From a virus (lineage: Duplodnaviria; Caudoviricetes), in the IMG/VR virus record IMGVR_UViG_3300032893_000050, positions 1 through 58,591 of that record: 58,591 bases of DNA; one strand, 5' to 3'. Position numbers and translations under genes: made by a program. Under the pieces are notes generated by a model. That model was not told the origin of the DNA, ran no database searches, and worked only from the letters and a program-made list of their open reading frames with translations. Below, one piece after another: positions 27,438 through 37,298 of this stretch (position 1 is its first letter; each line of letters starts with the position of its first letter).

Positions 27438-28091
27438 CTAACCCGATAGCCGAACCCTAGACGGGAGAATGAACGTGCCTTTTGCTATGTCATTGAAAGC
27501 CTTCATGTAGGCAGAGTGTGCTAGTTCAGGCGTTTCAAATATTCCAAGGTATACACTTTTTCCAGCAAAGTTTATTTTTGAAGTCCACTTATTGCGGTGT
27601 CTGACTGCTCCAACGGGAATTCCAGAACGATGTTTAATCTTATTAGTAGAGTTGAGTCTATCCGTGGCAACTCGTATGTTCAGTACACCAAAAATACTAG
27701 AGTTGTTCAGTCCGTTCCCGTCAATATGATCTATTTCTAGATGATCAGGGCAATCAAGAATCATCCTGTGCATGCGAATCGTCTTTTGATGGGACCGCTC
27801 GGAAAATTTGACATTTGAGGCTGCATAGTAGGTCGTGTTTCCACGAATTGCGAACCAGCGGAGCTTGCTAATAAGTGGGTAATGGCAAGTGTCAACCAGG
27901 GCGTACTTTTGCTGAGTCAGTACGATGCATGTGATACCTGGAGCAATTTCCCAATGATCGTTCTTAGGTTTAGAACTGGAACATTCCGGAGAACAGAACC
28001 TACCCCATCCGCGGAGTATTGTGCTAGGTGAATTCTTAGCAAGAAATTCATTGCCACAGAATTCGCAAGGTCGTAATATTTTACCACTCAT
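27438..28091 (-). CDS. HNH homing endonuclease with AP2-like C-terminus
   Basis: MHRMIL, IDHIDGNGLNN, YLGIFETPELAHSAY; AT-rich relative to flanks. Confidence 0.9.
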   Translation of the reverse strand: MSGKILRPCEFCGNEFLAKNSPSTILRGWGRFCSPECSSSKPKNDHWEIAPGITCIVLTQQKYALVDTCHYPLISKLRWFAIRGNTTYYAASNVKFSERSHQKTIRMHRMILDCPDHLEIDHIDGNGLNNSSIFGVLNIRVATDRLNSTNKIKHRSGIPVGAVRHRNKWTSKINFAGKSVYLGIFETPELAHSAYMKAFNDIAKGTFILPSRVRLSG

Positions 28092-28186
28092 TGGATCACT
28101 TCTCCTTTGGGTTGGGCCTCGGACGTGTCAGCGTTACGAGGCCAATTAGTTTGAATCATCAGCCGCTAAAGACAAGGTGAAATCGA

Positions 28187-30391
28187 ATGGCCGCTGATGT
28201 GAAATTGCGTATAGGATGCTCACTGGATAAGTCCCTAGACACCGTATTAGGCGACTTCGCCAAGCGTGTCGACCGGGCCACGCGCGAGATGGCCAAGATG
28301 TCGCAGGCGGCGGAGCGGCTCAAGGTCGAGGCGGTCAAGAACAGCACGCGCCAGCAGCTGACCGAGGAGGAGAAGCTTGCGCGAGAGATTGAGCGACTAG
28401 ACAAGCACCTGACGAGCAGCAAGGCGATCGAGCTGAGACGTCAGATTGATGCAAAGAAGCAGGCACTGCGCGATGAGGTCAATGCACAGCGGCAGTCACA
28501 GCGCGAGCTAGAGCGCTTCGCCTCACGGACCAGCTATCGGGCGACTCGGTTTCTGTTCCCGCGCCCCGAAGGGATGCTGGGTTATGCGGGCCGCGTTGGA
28601 ACTGACCTGTTGCGCGGCGTCGGCGTAGACACAAGCTTTGGCGGCGGGGTTCGGCGGGCAGTAGAACTGCAGCGTCAGGCCCAGATACTTGCCAACAACG
28701 CGTATCAGCCCGGACAAGCTGGTGCTGCTGGTATTCGCGTTTCCGCGAAGGAACTTACCGACGAAGCCCACAAGCATGCCGAAGCGTACGGCATCGAGGG
28801 TGGTGCCGAGACCATTATCGGCGGCCTAACGAAGTTCAACAAGTTGACGGGTGACCTCCGCCAGGGACGTGACATCACTGCCGACATGGTCAAGCTCTCG
28901 GCGGCAACGGGAGCCAACTTCGAAGACGTCATGGGCGCGGCAGCGGTGTTGTCCAAGAAACTCGGAGAAATACCGGACAAGCAGAAAAAAATCTACGAAC
29001 TAATGCGCGGATTTGCCTGGCAGGGCAAGCTAGGCGCGGTTGAGATCAGCGACCTTGCGTCCAGTATGCCGCGTCTGCTCTCGGGCGTCACGCGATTTGC
29101 TGGCGACACCGGAATCAACATAGCCAAGCTGGGTGCATTGGCTCAGATGGCCCGCGGTGGTCCAGCGAGTTCAGCGCGAGAAGCCGCCACTGGCGTCGCC
29201 CGCATGGCTGACATGTTCGTCAAGAAAACGGCCATCAAGAACATGAAAGGAATCGGCCTAACTGAGTCGGATTTGTTCGTCAAAGGCGCTGGTGGAGCTC
29301 GACAAGTAAGAGATCCGTTTTCAATCATCATGCGGGCGCTGGAACTTACCGGCGGCGACCCTGCAAAGATGATGTCAGCGTTCAGGTCCACGATGGGAGC
29401 ACGTCCCATTGAGCGCATGATCGACCTCTATCGACAGGGCGGGGGCCGCGGCGGCGGTGGCATAGCTAACGTTCAGAAAGAAATCAAGATGCTGATGTCC
29501 GGTTCGGGCGTCGGCATGTCGAACGAAGTCGTCGAGGACATGGCGAAGCGCCAGTCCGAGACGATGGCGAACAAGGCCCAGAAGTTCCAGGACAAGCTTG
29601 ACCGCATCACCGAGTCGCTTGCCGAGCGACTGCTGCCCGTACTTGAGCAACTTGCCCCCGACGCTCTCAAGGTAGCCGAGGCGTTCAGCGGAGTCGTCAA
29701 GTGGGCCGCGACCAATCCCGGTGAAGCAATTGTAGGAGCGATAACGCTCAGCATTGCTAGGGCTGGGTTGGAGTCTGGGTTCCGGCGTTCGATCGAGCAG
29801 GCACTTGGGGTGGGGACACCATTTCAGACCGGCGCCATGCAGGCCGGAAGCAGCATGATGAAATTTGCCACGGTTGCCAGCAATGCCATCACGGTAATTG
29901 CTGCGGCGGTGGCCGCCTATGAACTCGGCAAGCAGGGCGCAGAGTCAATCGCTAAGCGAAGCGCCGCTGAAGCCGGAGAGACCGGAAACGTAGTAGATAA
30001 TCTGTCGCTCGCACACGGCGCAGACTTGGCCAAGTCGATCGCCGCCGCGAAAGAGAAGGTCGGCAAAATCAAGGCGCAGCGCGCCAAGCGCGGTGGGCTT
30101 GACGTTGGCCTGAGTGACTGGCTCGAACGCGTTGGCGGTGGTCGTAGCCAAGGTCAAGACCTGGCCTCGACCGAGAACATGATCCGACTCAAGGAACAGG
30201 AACTGTCACGCTACAACGCAACTGGCAGGGCACAGCGAGTCTCGAAGCTCGAAGCGGGCGAGGCTGCCATGCTAGCTGATGCCATTAGCGGCAGGACACT
30301 GAAGGTCCAGGTCATGAACCCTCCGGCTGCTGCTGGAAACCCATCTAAGGTCGATCCGAAAGGTCGCGAGCCTCCTCCGGGGCAGAGGTAG
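28187..30391 (+). CDS. Tail tape measure protein
   Basis: 734 aa, helical, Ala/Gly-rich; GKLGAVEISDLA; upstream of DNA circularisation gene. Confidence 0.88.
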   Translation: MAADVKLRIGCSLDKSLDTVLGDFAKRVDRATREMAKMSQAAERLKVEAVKNSTRQQLTEEEKLAREIERLDKHLTSSKAIELRRQIDAKKQALRDEVNAQRQSQRELERFASRTSYRATRFLFPRPEGMLGYAGRVGTDLLRGVGVDTSFGGGVRRAVELQRQAQILANNAYQPGQAGAAGIRVSAKELTDEAHKHAEAYGIEGGAETIIGGLTKFNKLTGDLRQGRDITADMVKLSAATGANFEDVMGAAAVLSKKLGEIPDKQKKIYELMRGFAWQGKLGAVEISDLASSMPRLLSGVTRFAGDTGINIAKLGALAQMARGGPASSAREAATGVARMADMFVKKTAIKNMKGIGLTESDLFVKGAGGARQVRDPFSIIMRALELTGGDPAKMMSAFRSTMGARPIERMIDLYRQGGGRGGGGIANVQKEIKMLMSGSGVGMSNEVVEDMAKRQSETMANKAQKFQDKLDRITESLAERLLPVLEQLAPDALKVAEAFSGVVKWAATNPGEAIVGAITLSIARAGLESGFRRSIEQALGVGTPFQTGAMQAGSSMMKFATVASNAITVIAAAVAAYELGKQGAESIAKRSAAEAGETGNVVDNLSLAHGADLAKSIAAAKEKVGKIKAQRAKRGGLDVGLSDWLERVGGGRSQGQDLASTENMIRLKEQELSRYNATGRAQRVSKLEAGEAAMLADAISGRTLKVQVMNPPAAAGNPSKVDPKGREPPPGQR

Positions 30392-30515
30392 CATTTCTAA
30401 CTTCAAATTCGCTGACTTCCCCATCGTCTCGAATCACACGGGTCACGACGTAGTTTCCATCGATCAGGTTTTCGTGATTGATAATCCGAACGACGTTGCC
30501 GACTTACACGTCCAA
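30345..30515 (-). pseudogene. Small antisense ORF broken by TAA at codon 4
   Basis: GAGGT RBS + TTG; MDV*VGNVVRIINHENLIDGNYVVTRVIRDDGEVSEFEVR... Confidence 0.4.
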
Positions 30516-30545
30516 GTTCCGTACCTCGCTCCTACCCTGTAGCAC

Positions 30546-31451
30546 ATGGCTTCCCTCGACGCGACCCACAAGCTGGCTTTCGGCGGAATCCGGATACCTT
30601 ACAGCAAATTCTCGATCGAGCTGAAGACGCCGTCGCACCAGCACCGCTATCCTCACACGCCCGGGGCCGCGCTCGAGAAAATGGGGCGCGAGCCTTACGT
30701 GTTCTCGATCACCGGCGTCTATGACGACTGCCTGACGCCTGAAGTCCTGCCAGCGAACTGGACGATCGCGCTAGCGACGCTGCGGCGCATGGCCGAGGAT
30801 GAGCAGACCGATAACGCCGAGGTGCCGCTAATCGGCACCATCCGGGCCAAGATCGAAAATCTCAAGATCGACATTGACGCGCGCAGGACGTCAGGTCCCG
30901 AGGCGGTGAGCTTCATGCTGATCGAGGACATGACCGATCAGTTCCTGGACGCGTACATCTTCCAGACCGCTCAGAACGCCCTGCAGACATCCTACGACAA
31001 CATGGTCGCCAATGACCTCGCGAGTCGATTCTCAGCGCCATCCCTGAGCCTCTGGAGCCAAATCAACAACGCCGTCAGTGACGTGTTGGCTATCAAAGAC
31101 CAGGCTCAACTCTACGCGGGCCTATATGAGTCAAAGATTCTCTACGCGATCGACCTCATCAAGACGGCTGACTCTACGCTTGCAGAACTCGAAGATCCGC
31201 TCAACAATCAGGTGTTCCAAGATCTGATAGCAGCGTGGTCTGCGCTTGCTGACTTGGTCAACAACCGGTTGTTGATGAACAACGACATGCAGAAATACAC
31301 GGTCGTGCGCGATTCGACCCTGAGCGAAGTGGCTATTTCGATATCGGACATTGCCGGCCACACCATTGAAGCGGGCGACCTATTGGGCATCAATCTGATC
31401 CCCGACCCATTCAGTGTCCGCGCTGGCACTTCAGTCAACTACTACGCTTGA
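30546..31451 (+). CDS. DNA circularisation protein N-like tail protein
   Basis: HRYPHTPGAALEKMGR; INLIPDPFSVRAG. Confidence 0.8.
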   Translation: MASLDATHKLAFGGIRIPYSKFSIELKTPSHQHRYPHTPGAALEKMGREPYVFSITGVYDDCLTPEVLPANWTIALATLRRMAEDEQTDNAEVPLIGTIRAKIENLKIDIDARRTSGPEAVSFMLIEDMTDQFLDAYIFQTAQNALQTSYDNMVANDLASRFSAPSLSLWSQINNAVSDVLAIKDQAQLYAGLYESKILYAIDLIKTADSTLAELEDPLNNQVFQDLIAAWSALADLVNNRLLMNNDMQKYTVVRDSTLSEVAISISDIAGHTIEAGDLLGINLIPDPFSVRAGTSVNYYA

Positions 31452-31455
31452 GCCA

Positions 31456-32724
31456 ATGGCTGACTTTGAACCCGGCGACATCAATGATTCGGTCCAGCTG
31501 GTCATTGACGGCAAGGAAATCAAGATTGCCGAGAGCTACGAGGTATCCATTCGGGTGCTGCAGCAGCCCGCCGCATTCACGCTCCGGATGGGCTGGGGTG
31601 GCACCGTCGCAGATCTTCGCGAACAGTTCGGACCGGGGCAGAAATTCCAGCTGTACGTGGGCGGTGCTCGGGTGCAGTCGGGAAGAATCGACGCCGTGAA
31701 CGCGCCCGATGGCAAGACGGCTCAAATCGAAATCAAGGGGCGCGACTGGACTTCGGTGTTGTTCAAGAGCGCGATTGTTGACGAGGTCTCGTTCAGTGAG
31801 CGCACCTTCCTCGATGTCACGAAGCGGGTGCTGAAGATTTGCGGGCTCGAGGACCACCCGATTTTCGGCAACAATGACGCCTTGCGCGAGATGCAGACGC
31901 ACGCCGTCACCCGGATCGTCTCGACCCCGAACGCGTCAGACCAGGTTGCGAATCAGGAAACGGGCCTTACCGAAATCGGCACCATCCAGTCCGTGACCGT
32001 CCAAACCCTGGTCGCCAAGGTGGGTGAGACCTGGTGGCAGTGGTTGCAACGCCAATACAAGCTGGCTGGAATCTACCTGTGGTGCGCCGCCGATGGCTCA
32101 TTCGTGATCAGCAGCCCAGACCCCAATCAAGGCACATCCTACATCATTCGGGTCAAGCGGGACCAAACGAAGCTCGATACCACCGTGCTGTCCGGGCAGC
32201 TCACGAACGACACCACGAACCGGTACTCGCTCTACGTCTGCCACGGTCGCTACGGCGCCGGGCAAGCGGGGCGATCGAAGTACACGGGGCGCTTCCCTGA
32301 CGACGAGATGATCGGTCTCGGTTTTCCCGAGACCGAGGCCTGGGTCATCTACGACAACGACGTCAAGAGCAACAAGCAAGCGGAATATCGAGCACGCCGT
32401 GAATGCGCAGAGCATCGCCGGGCTGGGTGGAACCTGCACTACACGCTAGCGGGTCACGTGGTCCCGGCCAAGTTCCAGAAGTCAGACCTTACCAATTGGG
32501 GACCTGACCTCATCGCTGAAGTTTACGACGACGACCGTGGCATCTACGAGAACATGTACATCGAAGCGGTCACGTTCGCGCGCAGCATGGAAGGGACGAC
32601 GACCAGGGTCGAGCTGATGCGCCTGCAAGACATGCAGTGGCTCGCCGAAGACCTGAGCGAACTGCGCAAGAAGGACAAGAAAGTGTTGTCGGGCGGGTCA
32701 CCGCTTCCTAGGAGAGGTCACTAG
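31456..32724 (+). CDS. Baseplate hub (Mu gp44/gpP-like)
   Basis: IKGRDWTSVL, WCAADGSFVI, RYSLYVCHG, TTRVEL. Confidence 0.85.
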   Translation: MADFEPGDINDSVQLVIDGKEIKIAESYEVSIRVLQQPAAFTLRMGWGGTVADLREQFGPGQKFQLYVGGARVQSGRIDAVNAPDGKTAQIEIKGRDWTSVLFKSAIVDEVSFSERTFLDVTKRVLKICGLEDHPIFGNNDALREMQTHAVTRIVSTPNASDQVANQETGLTEIGTIQSVTVQTLVAKVGETWWQWLQRQYKLAGIYLWCAADGSFVISSPDPNQGTSYIIRVKRDQTKLDTTVLSGQLTNDTTNRYSLYVCHGRYGAGQAGRSKYTGRFPDDEMIGLGFPETEAWVIYDNDVKSNKQAEYRARRECAEHRRAGWNLHYTLAGHVVPAKFQKSDLTNWGPDLIAEVYDDDRGIYENMYIEAVTFARSMEGTTTRVELMRLQDMQWLAEDLSELRKKDKKVLSGGSPLPRRGH

Positions 32725-33467
32725 TGTCGCGCGAATTCAGAACCGCAATCACGACGGGCTACACGGCAGAGAAGTTTCTGGCCGTGCAGTGCGACGCTCA
32801 TGGTGACAATCCAGGCGAGGGCTTCCAGCTGCTCGTTGCCCCATACGGTTTCGTTTCCCGTCCGGTCGACGCCGACAACGACAACGGCAATTACCGCGGC
32901 GGCATTGTAGCGACTGACACCGAAGGCGCGTCTGAGCAGTTCAGTTGGTGCCTGCATGACGTCAGGATCGCATCAAAACTGCCACCTCTGACGAAGGGCA
33001 GCGCGGCACTCTACAATTCAGCAGGCGCATTCATCCTGCTTGATACCGACAACGAAGTGGAGCTCCACTACGTTCCGCAGGGAACCAGCAAGGCTCACGC
33101 GGTCACGATCGGAAAGACTTCCACGGGAAAATCCGTAATCTGCCTGCAGCACGCGGACAAGCCATTCCTGCAGCTGGATTCCGAACGTGCTCAGCTACGC
33201 GGACCTGGCAATGCTTACCTAGAAGTTCTTGACAAATCGGTCAACATCAATGGCTCCGGCAAAGTTCTAGGCTCATTTGCGGTAGGCGGCACGGAGGCTC
33301 AACCGACCCTGAATGCCACCCTGTTCGCTACGTGGTGGGAAGCCGTATCGTCAGCGGTATCGGCTCAGGGTACCACGCCACTGACCGGAGCGACCCTGGG
33401 TGCCGTCCTTCAGGGTCTCGGAGCCGCGCTCGAGTCTACGTTCACCCAGTTCTTGAGAGGCCTTTAG
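32724..33467 (+). CDS. Baseplate spike (Mu gp45 / gpV-like)
   Basis: PYGFVSRP, LTKGSAALYN; beta-repeat region. Confidence 0.75.
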   Translation: MSREFRTAITTGYTAEKFLAVQCDAHGDNPGEGFQLLVAPYGFVSRPVDADNDNGNYRGGIVATDTEGASEQFSWCLHDVRIASKLPPLTKGSAALYNSAGAFILLDTDNEVELHYVPQGTSKAHAVTIGKTSTGKSVICLQHADKPFLQLDSERAQLRGPGNAYLEVLDKSVNINGSGKVLGSFAVGGTEAQPTLNATLFATWWEAVSSAVSAQGTTPLTGATLGAVLQGLGAALESTFTQFLRGL

Positions 33468-33471
33468 GTCA

Positions 33472-33825
33472 ATGGCCTCGGCCTGCAATTTTGCTCTCAC
33501 GATTCCGCCGGAGCCAGCGCTACCGCCACAGCTTCCGATTCCAGAGCTTCCTCCCGTACCGCCTATTCCTGACCCGCCTGGGCTTCCTGGGCTCACCTTG
33601 GCAGGACTGCCGACGATTGTGCCTCCAGTCATCGAAGCGCCCGTAGTGCCCGTCCTAGACCTGCCGCCGATGCCTCCAGTGCCGGAGCCTCCAGCGGTGC
33701 CGCTGCCAGGAGTCCCGGAGCCAGAAATCCCGATCCCAGTGCCGCCCGCCGTCCCGGACCTATCAATCCCGGACATGCCGCTTCCCGAGCTGGCCATCTG
33801 CCCGCTGGACCAGCAGTACACGTAA
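33472..33825 (+). CDS. Proline-rich protein with terminal cysteines
   Basis: MASAC...(P-x-x-P)n...ICPLD; tight spacing after spike. Confidence 0.6.
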   Translation: MASACNFALTIPPEPALPPQLPIPELPPVPPIPDPPGLPGLTLAGLPTIVPPVIEAPVVPVLDLPPMPPVPEPPAVPLPGVPEPEIPIPVPPAVPDLSIPDMPLPELAICPLDQQYT

Positions 33826-33901
33826 GACTCACCAGGACCCGAGTGTCCCTCGCCCCCTGTCTCGGGTCCGCCCTTTCCACCGGATTGCTCCGGAGCCATC
33901 A

Positions 33902-34315
33902 ATGTCATTTTACTCAGCCGCTTACGCGACCGGACCGTTTGGGCAAGACCCCACCGAAGTCGAAGCGCCTGTGCAGCGCACCGCTACTGCGGCGGCACTC
34001 CATTACGACGGGACCCTTCGCGATTGGCTACTAGACGCCAACGGTGTCCCGGTGCCGGCAGATCCGACCGATGTCGGGATGGCGCTGAGCTTCTGCGACC
34101 CGCTCAACAACGACCTGTTTTCGATTGAGTATCTGGGCCTGCCCGACACGCAAAAGCGGCTCGAGGACATCGTCGCAAACGCGCAGCCAGCAAAACGTCT
34201 TGTAGCCGAAGGCAAAGCCAAGATCATGTCGGTCGATTACGAGGAGCAGGAGCGCGGATTGAAAGTCTTGGTCCGGTATCAGAATCTAGTCACTGGCAGC
34301 ATTCACACGGTGTAG
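33902..34315 (+). CDS. Baseplate wedge protein (gp46/gp25-like)
   Basis: RLVAEGKAKIMSV...VRYQNLVTG; synteny. Confidence 0.6.
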   Translation: MSFYSAAYATGPFGQDPTEVEAPVQRTATAAALHYDGTLRDWLLDANGVPVPADPTDVGMALSFCDPLNNDLFSIEYLGLPDTQKRLEDIVANAQPAKRLVAEGKAKIMSVDYEEQERGLKVLVRYQNLVTGSIHTV

Positions 34316-34316
34316 C

Positions 34317-35849
34317 ATGGCAGAGCTCGTAGTATCAACTCGGACGCAGCTGCATGACCGCATGTGCGCCAACTTCAAGGCGCGGGTCATTGACGCGGGC
34401 CTGTCAACGTCTCCCGACATTGGACCAGACTCGTATGAGTCAAAGCTATTTCAGGCGATCGGCGACAACCTGGCTCTGATGTCCAACAATGCAGTCGTGG
34501 TCGCGCGTGGCGTGTCCCTGCAGGACATGGACATGACGCAGCTGACCGCGTTCGGGAACACGCCGGGCATCGACACACCGCCACTCGCGGCCGTTGGGGC
34601 ATTCGGGTACATCCAAATCACGACCGCGACCGGCGGCACGTCGCTGGACACGACCCGGCAGTGGAAGAATGCTGCCACAAATCTGGTTTATCAGGTCGTT
34701 ACGGCTGGCACGTACGCGAACCAGGCGACGGTTCCAGTGCAGTGCACGACCGGCGGCATCGCCACAAACGTCGACCCGGGCGTCATCCTGACGGCGGTTA
34801 CGACCGCTCCGGGATGTTATCCGACCGCGCCCGTTGTCGCACAGCCGAACGGACTAGGGCTTGCGGGTGGGCGCGAAGCCGAGCAGGAAGGCACCTATCG
34901 GCAGCGACTGAGCAATGCTATTGCGCACCCAGCCGCGATGGGCAACGTCGACCAGATCGTTGCTGCCGCCGAGAATTCGGCCGGGCACGGTGTGCCAGTC
35001 CAGAAGGCATTTGCCTACCCGCAAATCATGGGGCCTGGAACGTGCGCGGTCGCGATCATGCTGACGCCCGCTAGCGCAACAGGCTCAGTGTTTCCCAGCA
35101 GCGGGCAGCTCAATTCGGTCGGCGCATTCATCGACGCGCAGGAATCGATCGACGACGGCATCTTCATGCTTGAGATGCTTGCCCGGAACGTTGACCCGAT
35201 CCTGAAGATTCAGTGGACGCGCAGTAGCTCGGGCTGGGCAGACGTCGCCCCGTGGCCGACCATCGCCGCGACCCCCAGCGCGGTGGCAAAAATCACGTCC
35301 GCGACGTCCCCAACCTCGTTTGTGATCAGTACGTTCACCGGCTATGCCCAGCCCGTGAATGGTCAACGGCTGGCCATTTGGAACCAGAGCACGGGGCAGT
35401 TCGTCCGCAAGACCATCGCAAGTTTCTCAGGTACCGGGCCATGGACGATCACCGTGGACGTGACCGGTAACGCCTCCGACATCACGTACACGCCGGCTAC
35501 GGGTCAATTCGTGATGCCGTGGTCCGACAACATCAACGACCTGGTGCCCGTCATGCTTGCCTACTTCGCAGCATTCGGACCCGGAGAAAATGCGCCCGAT
35601 GGATTCTCGCCCACGACTAGCGACCGTTGCTGGCGCCATCCTCTGCAGGACGTTGGCGAGTGGCCCACAATCCTTGATGCGCGCGTCGCTAACGTGCTCA
35701 ACGAAGTAGCATCGGTCTCGTATGCAACCTATGTGACGGATTTGGGCACGGGCAGCTACTCGACCACGACCACCAAGACCAACGTCGGGACTCAGACGGT
35801 GAGCGTGTATCGCCTGACCCTCGACGACATTGCCTTTTACCCAGGGTAA
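34317..35849 (+). CDS. Baseplate J / Mu gp47-like
   Basis: GGREAEQEGTYRQRL, AFAYP..GPGTCAV. Confidence 0.88.
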   Translation: MAELVVSTRTQLHDRMCANFKARVIDAGLSTSPDIGPDSYESKLFQAIGDNLALMSNNAVVVARGVSLQDMDMTQLTAFGNTPGIDTPPLAAVGAFGYIQITTATGGTSLDTTRQWKNAATNLVYQVVTAGTYANQATVPVQCTTGGIATNVDPGVILTAVTTAPGCYPTAPVVAQPNGLGLAGGREAEQEGTYRQRLSNAIAHPAAMGNVDQIVAAAENSAGHGVPVQKAFAYPQIMGPGTCAVAIMLTPASATGSVFPSSGQLNSVGAFIDAQESIDDGIFMLEMLARNVDPILKIQWTRSSSGWADVAPWPTIAATPSAVAKITSATSPTSFVISTFTGYAQPVNGQRLAIWNQSTGQFVRKTIASFSGTGPWTITVDVTGNASDITYTPATGQFVMPWSDNINDLVPVMLAYFAAFGPGENAPDGFSPTTSDRCWRHPLQDVGEWPTILDARVANVLNEVASVSYATYVTDLGTGSYSTTTTKTNVGTQTVSVYRLTLDDIAFYPG

Positions 35850-35851
35850 CC

Positions 35852-36322
35852 ATGACCACCAACCCATTTGGCACCTCGCCCCCAACGGTCCCGACCTTAG
35901 CGGACATCGGTCTCGGTCTACTCGTTGACGATCCCGAATATCCTCCAATTCCTACAGAACAACCAACCGCGCAGCAGATCAACCTGCACGACTTTTGCTC
36001 GGCTGTTGCGGCCTTGATGTGCCCACCCCTGATCGTGTCAGTCGTCTACGGCTCGAGCTACACACTTGGCGGATTTAGGGCAACCAATCCGAACATCGCC
36101 GCTGGCGACATCACGATTATCCCATGGGCGACCGGATCAATGTCCGTCACAGTCACGGCGGGAAAACTTCCGTCACATGGCGGAATGCTGCCCATGGCAT
36201 GGTCTCACAGGACCGGAGCTACTGCAGCGGGGCTCTACATTTCGAACGGCGCTAACGTGACCATGGTCAACAGTTCTGGTTTCATCGACGGTTCGTTCAC
36301 GGTTGCGATTTGGGGCTCGTGA
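35852..36322 (+). CDS. Hypothetical tail protein
   Basis: Position and composition. Confidence 0.55.
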   Translation: MTTNPFGTSPPTVPTLADIGLGLLVDDPEYPPIPTEQPTAQQINLHDFCSAVAALMCPPLIVSVVYGSSYTLGGFRATNPNIAAGDITIIPWATGSMSVTVTAGKLPSHGGMLPMAWSHRTGATAAGLYISNGANVTMVNSSGFIDGSFTVAIWGS

Positions 36323-37290
36323 TGGCTGGATCTGCCCTGAATGCATTCGCCTGTTGCGGGGCGTTTCGGCTGTCTTCGCGGACCACCTATGCCGAGAAAT
36401 TCTACCGTGAACTGACGGCGGCCGAGCAGTACAAGGGCGGCGACGGAGCATTTGACTCGTCGTGGAACACGTACAACTCATGTCGCAATTACGCGATCGC
36501 GATGGCGATGCAGACCGTTCAGCTGCAGCTCGACCACGCAGCGGCTCAGCGCGATCCGCGGTACGTGACCGAAAAGCTCGAAGAACTTGAGGCGGACTAC
36601 CAGCTAATCCCACTTGCGACCGACACGATTGTTGACCGCCGCAATGCTCTGGCGTCAGCGATGGCGCTTCGAGAGGGCAACGTCGAGACAGCCATCCGCG
36701 CTGGACTGACGAGCATCTTTGGAGCTGGCTTCATGGGGATCAAGACACTGTCAACGACAGATGTTCCGCCATTTCTGATCGGGCAAACGACGCTGAAATC
36801 ATTCGATGCGCGCCGGCCTGGTATCGAGACCAAGCTGGTTCAGACGACCTCAAACGTTAGCGTCGTCGGCTCGAAGACGGTCACGTACCAGCAGGTGGGC
36901 TCGCACACGACCGCCGTGGCCGCTGGTGACAAGTTGGTCGTAGACATCAACTGCAACGGCCGCACCGAGGTCGTTACCGTAACGGCCGCTGATGCGGGCT
37001 CATTCACGGCGACGTTCGCGAATGGGCACGATTCCGGCGCCATCTGCTCGACCGCGCAGTGGCCAGCTTGGATCGGCTACAAGCGGCACCTGCTAATCCT
37101 TCTGAGCGCGACCGCTTGTGCAAATGCAGGCATGCTCAGGAAGGCAAACAACTTCCTCGACTACGCTATGCGGGGCACGTCGTCCTATGCGTTCGTGCAG
37201 GCCCCAACGTCTTCGCTGAGCGCAGGACCGTACAAAATCGGCTCGTCTCTAACCGGCCACAACGTAATCGGCACCGTTTCGTTCTCCTAG
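36322..37290 (+). CDS. Baseplate protein (Mu gp48 / DUF2313-like)
   Basis: DPRYVTEKLEELEADYQL...DRRNAL. Confidence 0.65.
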   Translation: MAGSALNAFACCGAFRLSSRTTYAEKFYRELTAAEQYKGGDGAFDSSWNTYNSCRNYAIAMAMQTVQLQLDHAAAQRDPRYVTEKLEELEADYQLIPLATDTIVDRRNALASAMALREGNVETAIRAGLTSIFGAGFMGIKTLSTTDVPPFLIGQTTLKSFDARRPGIETKLVQTTSNVSVVGSKTVTYQQVGSHTTAVAAGDKLVVDINCNGRTEVVTVTAADAGSFTATFANGHDSGAICSTAQWPAWIGYKRHLLILLSATACANAGMLRKANNFLDYAMRGTSSYAFVQAPTSSLSAGPYKIGSSLTGHNVIGTVSFS

Positions 37291-37298
37291 AGGTCAAA

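Noticed and set aside
33351-33908. Gly-rich minus-strand ORF
   Set aside because: Antisense shadow of the Pro-rich gene, which fits the operon direction and spacing
9248-37290. Transposable Mu-like phage
   Set aside because: Only the morphogenesis genes are Mu-type; no transposase A/B or Mor/C seen in the window
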